From contig CAVTQK010000015.1 in the NCBI GenBank assembly GCA_963736855.1, positions 448,001-512,000 on the forward strand: DNA of 64,000 nt, written 5' to 3'. The notes under the pieces were generated by a model. That model saw only the letters and a list, made by a program, of their open reading frames with translations. It was not told the origin of the DNA and made no database searches. Of this stretch, positions 10,014 to 20,499 are shown in pieces. The position numbers and the translations under genes are program-made. Origin of the DNA: an uncultured delta proteobacterium (GTDB lineage Bacteria > Desulfobacterota > Desulfobacteria > Desulfobacterales > UBA2156). How positions within the stretch are numbered: the stretch's first letter is position 1; each line of letters starts with the position of its first letter.

Positions 10014-10784
10014 TTATCGCGTGACCCCCCTCTGGGATTGTTTCACAAATTCGATGAAGGTCACAACTTCGGGAATCTGCTCCACCTCGGCCCGAACCCG
10101 CTCAATGGCTTCGTTCAACGTGAGACCGATCCGAAAGAAGATCCGGTAGGTCTTTTTTAAAAGGGAAAGCGTCTTTTCCGAAAAACCCTGGCGTCTCAGA
10201 CCGACGCTGTTGAGTCCGTGCAACTGGGCCCGGTCCCCCGCAGCGATGACATAGGGAGGCACGTCCTTGACCACTGCGGATTTCCCCCCTACGAAGGCAT
10301 AATCCCCGATCCGTACAAACTGGTGGATAGCGACCAAACCGCCGATGGTGGCGTAGTTGCCGATGGTGATGTGGCCGGCCAATGTTGCGTTATTGGCCAT
10401 CATCACCCGCCGGCCGGTTTTACAGTCGTGGGCGATGTGGGAGTAGGCCATGATGAAATTTTCTTCCCCCACTTCTGTGACTCCGCCGCCGAAACCGGTT
10501 CCTCTATGGACGGTCACAAACTCCCGGATGATGCTTCCCTGTCCGATCTTGACGTAGGTTTCCTCTCCGGTGAACTTGACGGACTGAGGCACGGCGCCGA
10601 TGGCGGCATGCTGAAAAATCTCACAGTCCGGTCCGATGGTGACGTAAGGATCGATCACCGTATGGGATCCAATACGGGTCCCCTTGCCGATGATCACATT
10701 TCCGGCGATAACGGCGTAAGGCCCGATGGTCACGTTTTTCGCGATATCCGCTTTGGAATCCACAATTGCTGTTGGATGAATCAT
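10014..10784 (-). CDS. lpxA: UDP-GlcNAc acyltransferase
   Basis: MIHPTAIV, hexapeptide repeats, HIAHDC, HQFVRIG. Confidence 0.96.
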   Translation of the reverse strand: MIHPTAIVDSKADIAKNVTIGPYAVIAGNVIIGKGTRIGSHTVIDPYVTIGPDCEIFQHAAIGAVPQSVKFTGEETYVKIGQGSIIREFVTVHRGTGFGGGVTEVGEENFIMAYSHIAHDCKTGRRVMMANNATLAGHITIGNYATIGGLVAIHQFVRIGDYAFVGGKSAVVKDVPPYVIAAGDRAQLHGLNSVGLRRQGFSEKTLSLLKKTYRIFFRIGLTLNEAIERVRAEVEQIPEVVTFIEFVKQSQRGVTR

Positions 10785-11227
10785 TCGCTTTCTCCGATGC
10801 TTGCCATCAGCTCCGCCTCAGTGACCAGTTTCCCATCGACCTTCGCTACCCCAGCCATTTTGATCACTCTGGAGCGCAGTTTCAGAATTTGGACTTCAAA
10901 AATCAGTTGGTCCCCGGGAATGACGGGCTTTCGGAAACGGACCTTGTCGATGCCCATGAAATAGATCAACGCTCCCTGTCGGATTTCGGATACCGACTCG
11001 AAGGCTAAGACACCCCCCGCTTGCCCCATGGCTTCCACGATCAGCACCCCGGGCATTACGGGAGATTGGGGGAAATGCCCCTGAAAAAATGGTTCATTGA
11101 TGGTCACATTCTTCAGGGCCACAGCCCTTTCCCGGGGGACCAGTTCAATGATGCGATCGATGAGCAAAAAGGGATACCGATGGGGCAAAAACCCCATGAT
11201 CCGTTGAATATCATACACTTTTTCCAT
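10781..11227 (-). CDS. fabZ: 3-hydroxyacyl-ACP dehydratase
   Basis: [31 protein letters not shown]. Confidence 0.97.
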   Translation of the reverse strand: MEKVYDIQRIMGFLPHRYPFLLIDRIIELVPRERAVALKNVTINEPFFQGHFPQSPVMPGVLIVEAMGQAGGVLAFESVSEIRQGALIYFMGIDKVRFRKPVIPGDQLIFEVQILKLRSRVIKMAGVAKVDGKLVTEAELMASIGESE

Positions 11228-12248
11228 CTTTTTCCTCGATACGCTTCAAACGTTTTTCAAGATCCGTCACCTTCTTCTTAAGCTCGGGCAGACTCGGAAG
11301 GGTGCGCTGTACCCTGAGCCAAACCCGGTGGGGTATTTCAGGCGTACCGGAGACCGTCTGTCCTTTCGGGACGGATCTCGTCACACCGGCTTGGGGTCCT
11401 ACGGTGACATTATCTCCGATTTCCAGGTGTCCTCCAACCCCGGCCTGACCGGCTAAAATGGCATGCCTTCCGATGGTCACACTCCCTGAAATCCCCACCT
11501 GGCCCGCCAGAATCGTGTGGGCGCCCACCGTGACGTTGTGGGCTACATGGACCAAATTGTCCGTCTTGACCCCCTGCTGGATCCAGGTCTTTCCGAAAGT
11601 CCCTCGATCGATGGTGTTGTTCGCACCGATCTCTACGTCATCGTCGATCTGCACGAAGCCCAGATGTGGGATTTTGTGGTACCCTTCTCCGTCCGGCGCA
11701 AAGCCGAAGCCGTCGCTGCCTATGACCGTGCCTGCATGGATCATGACCCGGTTCCCGATGCGGCAACCCTCCCGGATGGTCACGTTCGGATAGATCGTCA
11801 CGTCGTTTCCGACGGTCACCCCGTCCCCCACCACCACACCGGAGTGAAGAACGACCCGATCTCCAAGAGTTACATCATTACCCATGGAAACAAAGGGGAA
11901 AAGGGTCACCTCTTTCCCATGTGAAAACCGGTTTCCGAAAGCTGCCAAAGGACTGATTCCAGGTGCAGGCCTTTTGGCCGGACAGATGAGGGACACCGCT
12001 TTGGCAAAAGCCACTTGAGGGTTCCCGACGCATATCAGTGTCCTGGAACACGCCGGAGTTCCCAGGGGAACGATCACTGCACCGGCACACGTTTCATCAA
12101 TTCTTTTCAGAAACCGTGGTGTCCCGGCATAAGTGATCTCCTCCGGACCCGCCGTATCAAATGGGGCCGCCCCCCGGATGATCCGGTTGGGCTCTCCAAG
12201 GATTTCGCCGCCCACCCATCCGGCGATCCGGAACACTTCAATGCCCAT
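11211..12248 (-). CDS. lpxD: UDP-3-O-acylglucosamine N-acyltransferase
   Basis: [28 protein letters not shown]. Confidence 0.96.
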   Translation of the reverse strand: MGIEVFRIAGWVGGEILGEPNRIIRGAAPFDTAGPEEITYAGTPRFLKRIDETCAGAVIVPLGTPACSRTLICVGNPQVAFAKAVSLICPAKRPAPGISPLAAFGNRFSHGKEVTLFPFVSMGNDVTLGDRVVLHSGVVVGDGVTVGNDVTIYPNVTIREGCRIGNRVMIHAGTVIGSDGFGFAPDGEGYHKIPHLGFVQIDDDVEIGANNTIDRGTFGKTWIQQGVKTDNLVHVAHNVTVGAHTILAGQVGISGSVTIGRHAILAGQAGVGGHLEIGDNVTVGPQAGVTRSVPKGQTVSGTPEIPHRVWLRVQRTLPSLPELKKKVTDLEKRLKRIEEKDGKSV

Positions 12249-12285
12249 CCGTTTGGCTCCTTGCTATCGGAAACGTTTGGATCCG

Positions 12286-12867
12286 TTACTGGGCTTTGGG
12301 TTTGGCCGGAGCCTTCTGGTCGCCCTTCACCGTTTCCTTTGAAAAACGCTCATTGTAGAGCTGGATCAATCGATCCGTCATGTCCAGAGTGCTCGGAAAA
12401 TACAGCAGCCCCCCCTCCCGACGCTCCAGGATCAAAAGATATCCTTCTTTTTTTCCGATCTCCTCGATCAAACCCATCACTTCTTTTTGAATTTTGGCGA
12501 TGAGCCGCCTTTCCATCTCTTTGAAATCCGAGGCATACTTTTTCTGCAGCTCTTTGAAATCGCCGACCTTGATCCTGAAGTCCCGCTCTTTTTCTTCGCG
12601 CTTCTCCTTGCTCATGACCAGGGCCTCTTGTTCGAGCCGCTTGCGGACCCCCTCAATATCATCGCCCTGCTTCTTGAGTTCGGTCTCCATCTGTTTGCCC
12701 TGCTTGTTGATCTCGGACTGCGCCATTTTCCCGGCTTCCGAAATCGACAGGATCTTTTGAAAATCGACGACGCCTATCTTGGCAATATCAGCTCCCCACA
12801 CGGTACCCGAGGATGTTAAAATCATCACCGCAGCCCACAGGATGCCCGCGTGTTTGATTGTACCCAT
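12286..12867 (-). CDS. skp: OmpH/Skp periplasmic chaperone
   Basis: Signal peptide, KIGVVDFQKIL, coiled coil, DMTD; between bamA and lpxD. Confidence 0.9.
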   Translation of the reverse strand: MGTIKHAGILWAAVMILTSSGTVWGADIAKIGVVDFQKILSISEAGKMAQSEINKQGKQMETELKKQGDDIEGVRKRLEQEALVMSKEKREEKERDFRIKVGDFKELQKKYASDFKEMERRLIAKIQKEVMGLIEEIGKKEGYLLILERREGGLLYFPSTLDMTDRLIQLYNERFSKETVKGDQKAPAKPKAQ

Positions 12868-12929
12868 TCTCTTTTCCTTTCTCAATGAGGCGTCGCTTTT
12901 GACTTTCGACACCCGTTTCGGTATCCGGA

Positions 12930-15623
12930 TTAAAACCCGGTGGACATGGAAAACTCCCATCGACCCGAGCTTTCCCCTTCCAGCCGATCCAGGACCAACC
13001 CATATTCCAGCCGGATGGGACCTACAGGGGAAAACCACCGGAATCCTAAGCCGGCGCTTTCCCGCATATTGGACAGATCGATGTTTTCATCGTTGTTGTA
13101 AGCATTCCCCGTATCAAAAAACGCTACTCCATAAATCCCCATATCCGGAAAAAGCGGGACCAGGTACTCGGCATTGAACTGCACAAACTTATCCCCGCCG
13201 ATTTTTATCCCGTTCTCGTCGGTCGGACTGACAGTACGCGACTTGAAACCTCGAAGGGAGCTGATTCCGCCCAGGTAGAAACGCTCCCAGTCCGGCAGCC
13301 TTCCTTCGGAATTTTCACGGACATATCCGGCCTTGGCATGTAGAAAACCCACCGTTCCTTTATAAACCGGGAAATACCATCCCGTCTGTCCGATATATTT
13401 GGTGAAGGCGATATCACCCCCGAATCCGGCGTACTCGACGCTGACACTGTGTTCGGACCCTTCGGTGGGGTTAAAGATCCGGTTTCTCGAATCCCATCGA
13501 ATCTCTGCCGAAACGCTGCTCTGGGTGTTGGTTCCCTCGAATTCCTTGATGCTGGGCGGTGCATCTTCCTCGATATCTTCGATGGTGGCTACCTCATAGG
13601 CATATCCGATTATAAACCTTAAATAGTCAGACCATAGGGGATATCCGAACCGCAAACCTCCGCCCGTGGCATCTTTATCATAGGTATCATAATCTTTGAT
13701 CCAGCGGTACACATCCGTCCTTGCCGAAAGGGGGATGTCAAAGAGCCAGGGCTCGGTGAAGCTCAAATTATAACGATCCGACGTGCCTCCCACATGGGCC
13801 TGGAGACTTAAAACCTGACCGCGGCCGAACAGGTTCCGCTGGGTGATCTCGCCCATGGCAAAAAACTCATCTTCGCTGCTGTAACCGGCGCCGATGGAAA
13901 ACATCCCTGTGGACTTTTCCTTTACATCGATCTTCAGGACTATCCGGTCTTCGGCGCTCCCTTTTACGGTCTGGACCTTGACGTCTTCGAAGTAATCGAG
14001 GCGATACAGGTTCCGGATGCTGCGCTTTAAGCGCTTTCCGCTGAAAAGTTCCTGCTCGTAGACCCTCAGCTCGCGGCGGATGACTTTATCCCGTGTTTTC
14101 CGGTTTCCGCTGATGAGAATTTTCTCGAAAGAGATCTGAGGACCTTTTCGGATGTGATAGTCGATGCCCACCACATGAGTGTCGGCTTTTTCGTCGATTT
14201 TGGTGGAAATGTCCACATTGGCATATCCCTGATCCGTGTAAAGATCCATCAGGGTCAACACGTCTTTTCTTACCGTCTCCCGGCTGAAATAGGCCTCTTT
14301 TATAAGTGCCAGTTTGATCTTCAGGGCACTTTCATCCTCCACATCCCCGGAGACCGTGACCGCGCCTACTTTGTATCGGGGTCCCTCCGAGATCTTGAAC
14401 GTCACCTCGATTCCGTCTTGAACGTATTTCGTCTCGGGATCGCTGACCCGTGCGTGCAGGTATCCGTGGTTCTGGTAGAACGCCGTCAGCGCCTCTTTAT
14501 CCTGGGAAAGCTTGTCGGAATCCAAATCGCCGGAAGAAGTGATAAAGGAAAAAAAGCCTTTTTCCGATGTGCTCATGATCTTCTTTAAGGCCTTGGCGTC
14601 AAAAACCGTGTTTCCCTCGAAGGCGATGGTCTGTATCCGAAGCTTATTTCCTTCCGATATGACAAACTCCAGGTCTGCCTGGTTGTTCTTTAGATCTTCG
14701 ATCTGATAGGACACCTGAGCATTATGATAATTCTTCTTCTTGTAAAGGGTCTCGATCTTTTTCAGGTTACTTTTCACCTTGAAGATATTAAGGATGGACC
14801 CGGATCGGATGTCGAGGTTTTCTAGGAGTTCCTTTTCATTGTAGATCGTGTTGCCTTTGAACCGGACCTTTCGGATGGTGGGTTTTTCCTGAACTTTAAA
14901 TACGATTGCTTTCCCTCCTGTACTCTCCTCGGCTTCGACGCGAACATCTTCAAAATAGCCCATCTGGTAGATGCGGTTCAGGTCTTCAGACAAGGACCGG
15001 ACGCTGTAAGCATCTCCGGCCTTGATCTGAATGACTTTCGATATGGCATCGGATTCAATCCGCTTGTTCCCGGAAACCGATACGTTCACAACTTTGGCCT
15101 GTTTGAAAATGTGAAGCATCAGGTCGTCGGCAAGCTTTTTCACCGCTCCGAGCAGGTTCTCAATCTTTTCTCCTTCAACAGCAAGCACCTTAGGAGGGGT
15201 TTCGGTGAAAGCCTCCAATAGGTGCGCATCGATGCTGAATCGCTGCCCTGCCTGGGTCAGACTCCCCCATACGGCATGAGTCGATCCGTTTTGGACAGCC
15301 AGATTTCGGACGGCTTTGGTCGTCGCAGCGGTATCAGTGCCGGCCATTTCCTTTTCCGAAACCACTTCGACGCCTTCCTGGCTTAGCCGATCCTGAATCA
15401 CCTGCACAATCTCTTTTTGCAGGTAGGCATACTGGGCCTGGGCATTGATTCTAAACGGAATGATCGTCACCTTTGCCCGAGTTTCGCTGCCTGCCGCCGG
15501 AAAAGCGGCCAGCACAAGTGCTACTCCTATCAACAGCCACAAATATCTCCGCCACCGGCTCTGTCGGTGACCCCAAGAGTTCGAAATCCGCCGCAGAGTG
15601 GATCGCCTAGTTTCGGTCTGCAT
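12930..15623 (-). CDS. bamA: Outer membrane protein assembly factor BamA with an extra N-terminal domain
   Basis: POTRA repeats (SGNRKTRDKVIRREL), NLFGRG, LRGF, SPVGP, C-terminal Phe. Confidence 0.95.
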   Translation of the reverse strand: MQTETRRSTLRRISNSWGHRQSRWRRYLWLLIGVALVLAAFPAAGSETRAKVTIIPFRINAQAQYAYLQKEIVQVIQDRLSQEGVEVVSEKEMAGTDTAATTKAVRNLAVQNGSTHAVWGSLTQAGQRFSIDAHLLEAFTETPPKVLAVEGEKIENLLGAVKKLADDLMLHIFKQAKVVNVSVSGNKRIESDAISKVIQIKAGDAYSVRSLSEDLNRIYQMGYFEDVRVEAEESTGGKAIVFKVQEKPTIRKVRFKGNTIYNEKELLENLDIRSGSILNIFKVKSNLKKIETLYKKKNYHNAQVSYQIEDLKNNQADLEFVISEGNKLRIQTIAFEGNTVFDAKALKKIMSTSEKGFFSFITSSGDLDSDKLSQDKEALTAFYQNHGYLHARVSDPETKYVQDGIEVTFKISEGPRYKVGAVTVSGDVEDESALKIKLALIKEAYFSRETVRKDVLTLMDLYTDQGYANVDISTKIDEKADTHVVGIDYHIRKGPQISFEKILISGNRKTRDKVIRRELRVYEQELFSGKRLKRSIRNLYRLDYFEDVKVQTVKGSAEDRIVLKIDVKEKSTGMFSIGAGYSSEDEFFAMGEITQRNLFGRGQVLSLQAHVGGTSDRYNLSFTEPWLFDIPLSARTDVYRWIKDYDTYDKDATGGGLRFGYPLWSDYLRFIIGYAYEVATIEDIEEDAPPSIKEFEGTNTQSSVSAEIRWDSRNRIFNPTEGSEHSVSVEYAGFGGDIAFTKYIGQTGWYFPVYKGTVGFLHAKAGYVRENSEGRLPDWERFYLGGISSLRGFKSRTVSPTDENGIKIGGDKFVQFNAEYLVPLFPDMGIYGVAFFDTGNAYNNDENIDLSNMRESAGLGFRWFSPVGPIRLEYGLVLDRLEGESSGRWEFSMSTGF

Positions 15624-16332
15624 CTACCAATCTTCCTTCCGACAAGGTGATGCGTCTGGCCATTTTTGCCGCCAGGCGCATGTTGTGTGTGACGACCACC
15701 AGAGTCATCCCCAAGTCCTGATTCAGCGTTTTCAAAAGCTCGTGGACCTGCTGGCTGCTTCTCTCATCCAGATTTCCGGTGGGCTCATCGGCCAAGAGCA
15801 GACGGGGCTTGAGGATCAGGGCCCTGGCGAGTGCGACCCGCTGCTGCTCCCCGCCAGACATCTCAACAATCTTATGGTTCAGGCGGTGGGAAAGTCCCAC
15901 TTTTTCCAGCATTCCTTCTGCCCTGTGCCGGGCCTCTTCCCGGGTCATTCCGTGGATCAACGCCGGCATCATGGTATTTTCAACTGCGGTAAATTCTGGG
16001 AGCAGGTGGTGAAACTGAAATACGAACCCGATGGATTGATTTCGAAACGCCGCAAGTTCGGCATCGTCGAAATTAAAGACCTCTTTTTCTTCGAAAATGA
16101 GCGTTCCCTGGTCCGGCCGGTCCAGCGTACCCAGGATATGCAACAGGGTAGACTTACCGATCCCGGACGGCCCCACTACGGCCAGGGTTTCCCCCGGGTT
16201 TAATTTCAGGTCGGCCCCTTTCAGGATCTCGATTCTGGCCGTTGGGTTATGAAAACTTTTGTGTACACCTTGCATGATGAGTAAAGGCCCCTTTGCATCG
16301 GCGCTGCCGGGATCCCTGTAATGTTCATCCAT
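15607..16332 (-). CDS. lolD: Lipoprotein-releasing ABC ATPase LolD
   Basis: GPSGIGKST, FQFHHLLPEF, SGGEQQR, ADEPTGNLD. Confidence 0.92.
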   Translation of the reverse strand: MDEHYRDPGSADAKGPLLIMQGVHKSFHNPTARIEILKGADLKLNPGETLAVVGPSGIGKSTLLHILGTLDRPDQGTLIFEEKEVFNFDDAELAAFRNQSIGFVFQFHHLLPEFTAVENTMMPALIHGMTREEARHRAEGMLEKVGLSHRLNHKIVEMSGGEQQRVALARALILKPRLLLADEPTGNLDERSSQQVHELLKTLNQDLGMTLVVVTHNMRLAAKMARRITLSEGRLVDADRN

Positions 16333-17563
16333 ATCGAATTGCCTCAACGGGATTGAGCCGTGCCGCCTGTCGGGAGGGGTAAAGGGTGGCAATGAAGCAA
16401 ATCACCAAGGTGGCAAAAACGATTCCTAAGACATCCGGAAGCTCAAGCTTCACCGGCAGCGTGGTGGTAAAGTAGTAAATATCGCCCGTCAGCTCGACGA
16501 TCCGGTACCGCTTGAGGACCGCGCATAGGATAAACCCCGAAATCATACCCAGCAGAGTCCCCATGGTTCCGATCACCATCCCCTTGAATACGAAAATCTT
16601 ATGAATACTTTTATCGGTGGCCCCCATGGTCTTCAATATGGCGATATCCCGGGTCTTTTCCATGACCGTCATGATCAAGGTGGAGGCGATGTTGAAAGCC
16701 GCCACCAATACGATGAGGGTCAGGATAATGAACATCACGATTTTCTCCAGCTTCAAGGCGGTAAAAAGATTCCGGTTCATTTGCATCCAGTCCCTGGTCC
16801 AGAAGGGAAAACCCAGCTTATCGACGATCCGGTCCGCCACCTCCCTCGCCCCGTAGACGTCCTTCACTCGCACCTCGATCCCGGTCACGGCTTCCGGCAT
16901 CCGCAGGAGTCTTTGCGCTTCCTCGAGATGGATGTAAGCAAAGGTTCCATCATATTCATACATGCCGGATTCGAAAAAACCGACAACTGTAAACCGCCGC
17001 ATGGCCGGCAGATGACCCATGGGGGACAGCATCCCCTTGGGGGAGATGAGATGTACGACATCTCCTTTTTGAACACCTAGGTTTTTGGCCAGCTCTTTTC
17101 CTAAGACGATCCCCGGGATAGAAACGCCGACATCGGGACCTCGGTTTTCCTTGTTTCCGTTTTCAAAAGAAACGCCCTTAAGGCTTGGGATGACCCTTCC
17201 GGCACTTTCGGGATGAACCCCTCTCAAAACTGCACCGGAAGTCCCGTCCGCCGACCGTAACATGATCTGGGTATAGATAAAGGGAGTGGCCGCTTCCACA
17301 CCCGGCGTTTCCTCCACCCGGCGCATGACAGCGCTGTAGTCGGTGAAGGTCCCCCCGTGACGCAAAAGGACCACGTGCGCCTGTCCCCCAAGGATCCGGG
17401 ATTTCAGGTCGGACTCAAAGCCGGACATTACCGCAATCACCACGATGAGGGCCATGACCCCGACCATCACACCGGCGATGGAGAGCAGGGTAATCAGCGA
17501 GATGAAGGTCTGCCGCTGCTTGGCCATGAGGTAACGGCGGCCTATAAAATATTCGTATGTCAT
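16325..17563 (-). CDS. Lipoprotein-releasing ABC permease LolC/E
   Basis: VMSGF, LKLEK, VAAFNIAST, DIAILKTMGA. Confidence 0.92.
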   Translation of the reverse strand: MTYEYFIGRRYLMAKQRQTFISLITLLSIAGVMVGVMALIVVIAVMSGFESDLKSRILGGQAHVVLLRHGGTFTDYSAVMRRVEETPGVEAATPFIYTQIMLRSADGTSGAVLRGVHPESAGRVIPSLKGVSFENGNKENRGPDVGVSIPGIVLGKELAKNLGVQKGDVVHLISPKGMLSPMGHLPAMRRFTVVGFFESGMYEYDGTFAYIHLEEAQRLLRMPEAVTGIEVRVKDVYGAREVADRIVDKLGFPFWTRDWMQMNRNLFTALKLEKIVMFIILTLIVLVAAFNIASTLIMTVMEKTRDIAILKTMGATDKSIHKIFVFKGMVIGTMGTLLGMISGFILCAVLKRYRIVELTGDIYYFTTTLPVKLELPDVLGIVFATLVICFIATLYPSRQAARLNPVEAIRYG

Positions 17564-17588
17564 TCAGCTCTGTTTCATCTGTTGGGTC

Positions 17589-17760
17589 AAATCCGAAGCA
17601 AAAAATCCGAAATTCGAAACAAATTCATAATTCGAATCATCCGATGATCCAAACAAGTTTAATCCGGAGCTTTTTTTTGTTTTGAGCATTTGAATTCTAG
17701 CCATTAGATATTGTTTCGGATTTGCAGCGTTCGCCTTTAACCGCGTGGATATTCGAATTT
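17589..17760. repeat. Fold-back element built from AAATCCG/CGGATTT-type heptamers
   Basis: aaatccgaagcaaaaaatccgaaattcgaaacaaat...gatccaaac versus gttttgagcatttg...attgtttcggattt...gatattcgaattt. Confidence 0.7.
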
Positions 17761-17765
17761 CCCCC

Positions 17766-17827
17766 TCACTCTTTACTTTTCACAATTCACCGTTTACCGT
17801 TCTTAATCACTCTTCACTTTTCCCCCT
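17766..17827. repeat. Degenerate heptamer tandem array (TCACnnT)
   Basis: tcactct ttacttt tcacaat tcaccgt ttaccgt ... tcactct tcacttt, abutting the lysS stop. Confidence 0.65.
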
Positions 17828-19348
17828 TTACAATTTATTCTTCATGTGCGGGAAGAAGATGACGTCGCGGATGGAGTCGGCATCGGTGAAGAGCATGACC
17901 ATTCGGTCGATCCCGATGCCTTCCCCAGCGGTGGGAGGCATGCCGTATTCCAGGGCCTCGATATAGTCTTCGTCCATGGGGTGAGCCTCTTCGTCCCCGG
18001 CCTGCCGCTCTCGGACTTGCTCGAGAAATCTGTTTCTCTGGTCTTCAGGATCGTTGAGTTCGGAAAAGCCATTGGCGATCTCCCGACCGCCGATAAAGAG
18101 CTCAAAACGATCCGTCAAAGAGGGTTGAGTCTCGCTTCGCCTCGAAAGAGGGGATACCTCCACCGGGAAGCCGGTGATGAAGGTGGGCTGGATCAAATGT
18201 GGCTCCACCAAGGCATCGAAGAGCTTGATGAGGATCTTTCCGATGCTACCCTTCTTGGTGACCTGAACCCCTTTGGCCTCGGCCAAGGCAAGGAGTCGGC
18301 TCCGATCGGAAATCATTCCGCTTTCTACCCCGCCGAAGGTCTTAAGGGACTCCAAAAGCGAAATCCGCCTCCAGGGTGCCGCCAAATTAATGACGTTGCT
18401 CTGGTAAGTGATGGAAAGCGTACCGCAAAGAGCTTCCCCCACGTGACGAAACATGGCCTCGGTCAAGATCATAAGGTCATTGTAGGTGGCGTAAGCCTGG
18501 TAAAACTCCAGCATGGTGAATTCGGGGTTGTGCTGGGTGGAAACGCCTTCGTTTCTGAAATTCCGATTGATTTCAAATACCCTTTCCAGCCCCCCGACAA
18601 CCAGCCGCTTCAGGTAGAGCTCGGGTGCGATTCTTAGATAAAGTTCCATTCCCAGCGCGTTGTGATAGGTCTTGAATGGAGCTGCTTCGGCGCCTCCGGG
18701 CACGGGATGCATCATGGGTGTTTCCACTTCCATGAAGTCTTTGCCGATGAGAAACTCCCGGACGAACTGGATGACCCGGCTTCTTTTTGCAAACAGCTCC
18801 CGGACCGCAGGGTTCATGATCAAGTCGAGGTAGCGCTGTCGGTACCGTTTTTCCGGATCCTTGAGCCCGTGAAACTTCTCCGGGAGGGGGCGAAGGGCTT
18901 TGCAGATCAGCTTCAGATCCGTCGCTAACAAAGTCCATTCTCCGGTTCGGGTGATGAACATGGGACCCGTAAGACCGATGAAATCTCCGGCCTCCAGCTT
19001 TTGAAACACCTCAAAGGTCTCCCCGCTCATCTTCTCCTTACGGATATAGGCCTGAATCTGGCCGGTTCGGTCCCTGAAGCGGATAAAGGCGCTCTTTCCG
19101 AACCGGTTGATGGCAACAATGCGCCCCGCTGTCTGAAAAACGGGTCCTTGCTCCGAAATATCTTCGGGTGCCGCTCCTTCCACGGCCTGCCGGATTTCCC
19201 TGATATCGTGGGAAACTCTGAAATCATTGGGATATAAAGGTATGTTTCGACTTTTTAGCTCTTCTATCTTCTGTTTGCGTTGAGCCAAGATATCTTTATT
19301 TTCTTCAGGTGTCTGATCCATTTGTTCTACCGGGTCGTTCTTGCCCAC
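17828..19348 (-). CDS. lysS: Lysine--tRNA ligase (class II)
   Basis: RYRQRYLDL, LRIAPELYLKRL, FRNEG, HNPEFT, GIGIDR. Confidence 0.97.
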   Translation of the reverse strand: MGKNDPVEQMDQTPEENKDILAQRKQKIEELKSRNIPLYPNDFRVSHDIREIRQAVEGAAPEDISEQGPVFQTAGRIVAINRFGKSAFIRFRDRTGQIQAYIRKEKMSGETFEVFQKLEAGDFIGLTGPMFITRTGEWTLLATDLKLICKALRPLPEKFHGLKDPEKRYRQRYLDLIMNPAVRELFAKRSRVIQFVREFLIGKDFMEVETPMMHPVPGGAEAAPFKTYHNALGMELYLRIAPELYLKRLVVGGLERVFEINRNFRNEGVSTQHNPEFTMLEFYQAYATYNDLMILTEAMFRHVGEALCGTLSITYQSNVINLAAPWRRISLLESLKTFGGVESGMISDRSRLLALAEAKGVQVTKKGSIGKILIKLFDALVEPHLIQPTFITGFPVEVSPLSRRSETQPSLTDRFELFIGGREIANGFSELNDPEDQRNRFLEQVRERQAGDEEAHPMDEDYIEALEYGMPPTAGEGIGIDRMVMLFTDADSIRDVIFFPHMKNKL

Positions 19349-19451
19349 CTCGTTGAGATTGTTTAACTCATTTTTCCGTCACGGGTGCATCATGACCGAC
19401 TGCTGTGTTTCACGGTTTACCATTTTCAATTTAAAAAATGAAATTTAATCT

Positions 19452-19479
19452 TTTATATGAGTTACCCATGAAGTGTCAA
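19452..19479 (-). promoter_or_regulatory. Putative sigma70 promoter of the lysS/envelope operon
   Basis: TTGACA-16 nt-TATAAA on the minus strand. Confidence 0.45.
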
Positions 19480-19639
19480 GATTAACCTCGAATGCCTCCG
19501 ATGCCAAACTGAATGGGTTTTTCTTAAAATGCGCTCAACGGGCTTGTGAAACGGGTCGAATTCAGGTAGAGTTAATCTGTTTTAAGATGGCACCCGTTAG
19601 ATGTGAAATGAAACCATCAACGCCCAAAAACCGAGGAGA

Positions 19640-20188
19640 TTGACCATGTGCCTGAAACAATGTTGGGTTTTATTATTCTGTGTCGCCCTCGCTGCTCCGG
19701 CTGCCGCACAATTTTATAAATATAAGGACGGGGAGGGAAATGTACGCTTCACGGACGACTTAAGCCAGATTCCGGAATCCCAGCAATCCGGCGCAACCCC
19801 TTATGAACAGGCGGAAAGCCGGCCGGAAGAGCTTCCTACCTCCGGGAAGCCCGAGGGCTCCAAAGACACGGAGGTTAAGACCCAGAAAGAGGCGGAGCTG
19901 AACCAAGCTAAGCTCACCCTGGAAGAGAAGAAGAAGCAACTGGATGCAGAGCGTAAAGCGCTCATGGATAGACGTGCAGCCCTTGAAAAGAGTGCAAGCA
20001 TCCGCAGGACTCGCACACAGTCTGTCGCGCATAATAAGGAGGTGGTGAAGCTCAACGACGAGCTGCTGGCTTTCGAAAAGCGGATGAACGAGTTTAACGC
20101 AGAGGTTGAAAGCTATAACCAACGGTTTAAAGAGGCTGAAAAACATCGCCTGGAAAAGATAAATCCCGCACTACCGCCGGTTGATTGA
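19640..20188 (+). CDS. DUF4124 domain secreted coiled-coil protein
   Basis: Signal peptide then FYKYKDGEGNVRFTDD; RBS GAGGAG. Confidence 0.8.
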   Translation: MTMCLKQCWVLLFCVALAAPAAAQFYKYKDGEGNVRFTDDLSQIPESQQSGATPYEQAESRPEELPTSGKPEGSKDTEVKTQKEAELNQAKLTLEEKKKQLDAERKALMDRRAALEKSASIRRTRTQSVAHNKEVVKLNDELLAFEKRMNEFNAEVESYNQRFKEAEKHRLEKINPALPPVD

Positions 20189-20223
20189 TTTCAGCCTGCT
20201 CCGGCATGGAATATTAAGACTCC

Positions 20224-20469
20224 ATGAAATCCCAGTTTATCAAGATTGCAGGGCTTGAAAATGGTATTGAAGCTCAACTGGTGGAATCCATTTTGAACGA
20301 ACAGGAGATTCCTCATCGTATCCGTTCCTATTACGACACCGCCTACGACGGACTGTTTCAGGTCCAAAAAGGGTGGGGGGAAATCCATGCACCTGCAACC
20401 TTCATGGAACCGATCCGAGAGATCCTCCGCGCGGTGCGTGCCCATGCCCAAGATGATAATTCAAAATAG
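20224..20469 (+). CDS. Small DUF2007-like (putative signal-transducing) protein
   Basis: EAQLVESILNEQEIPHRIRSYYDTAYDGLFQ. Confidence 0.65.
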   Translation: MKSQFIKIAGLENGIEAQLVESILNEQEIPHRIRSYYDTAYDGLFQVQKGWGEIHAPATFMEPIREILRAVRAHAQDDNSK

Positions 20470-20499
20470 AAATCCATCACAATAAGAAGGAGGATGCAC

